A DNA stretch of 63,282 bases, the filler included, from Choristocarpus tenellus KU-1152 (lineage: Eukaryota > Protista > Phaeophyceae): assembly GCA_964200185.2 (NCBI GenBank). It is 8 parts of 8 records of this genome, joined end to end, with 100 filler letters (N's around TTAATTAATTAA, not from the genome) between each part and the next. Parts side by side here need not be neighbours in the genome. Positions count along the whole stretch, not along the records: positions 57,463 to 63,282 come from CAXNAD020009676.1; 7 more parts are not named here. One strand, given 5' to 3'. Below the pieces are notes generated by a model. It was not told the DNA's origin, did not search any database, and saw only the letters and a list, made by a program, of their open reading frames with translations. Positions 63,101-63,282 of this stretch are shown piece by piece (position 1 is the stretch's first letter; the number at the start of each line of letters is the position of its first letter). A program made the position numbers and the translations under genes.

Positions 63101-63282
63101 CAAACCAAAGACTCTCTTACCACAAGGCTGGTCTCCTTCTCAAGTGCAGTCTCAAAGCCCCCAAACCCATCATCAAACCCATCATCCTCTGTGTTTGTCC
63201 CCCCCGCTACCCCCATCGGCAAAAGCATTCCTCCCCCCCCCCAGCACCCTTTCCCAGAGGAGGTGCCTGTGTCGGCCCCAAT
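60164..63282 (-). CDS. AP1G1: AP-1 complex gamma subunit, hinge and appendage (GAE) domain, last 4 exons
   Basis: Exons >63282-63121, 62446-62342, 61005-60914 and 60314-60164 give ...DDGFGGFETALEKETSLV/AFDKNGMKVDFILTKSDDGNNSTIVTARFTNTSTE/EMTKLMFQVAVPKAFTMRMEPASGHVLPPGS/VAAVTQVIRVTSSLQSSTKPLMMKLKITYQQGGRTVTEVAQVAQFPPGF*. A different GAE-domain protein cannot be excluded without the trunk domain. Confidence 0.85.

Overview
This is not one locus. It is eight eukaryotic contigs (1-6086, 6187-17648, 17749-34234, 34335-40774, 40875-47335, 47436-52408, 52509-57362, 57463-63282) joined by artificial 100-nt N44-TTAATTAATTAA-N44 linkers, so adjacency across a linker means nothing. Intron-rich genes, bipartite plastid presequences (GNG-FAP, SEA-LAP), a signal-peptide ubiquitin and scattered TTAGGG motifs point to an ochrophyte alga, probably brown-algal/PX clade (inference). 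Genes spliced by hand: a tandem SH3b-like repeat protein head-to-head with ATG16 (both partial), complete RPL38, a complete bacterial-type bicupin, a frameshifted ankyrin gene, a likely periplastid (SELMA-type) ubiquitin, two plastid-targeted proteins, the 3' part of a SUV39/SUVH-type SET methyltransferase and the 3' end of AP-1 gamma-adaptin (GC-AG intron). Repeats: a Sola2-like MITE family (GAG..CTC ends, 4-bp TSDs) at many contig ends, a copia RNase H-PPT-LTR end, copia and mariner remnants, a TA-flanked TIR element and a 40-bp minisatellite. I found no clearly new multi-gene system. The best leads are the ubiquitin (LRGG-terminated presequence, C-terminal GG followed by Pro), the unnamed SH3b-like protein, the bicupin and a decayed coding repeat of unknown family. 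All family assignments come from motif recognition; no database search was run.
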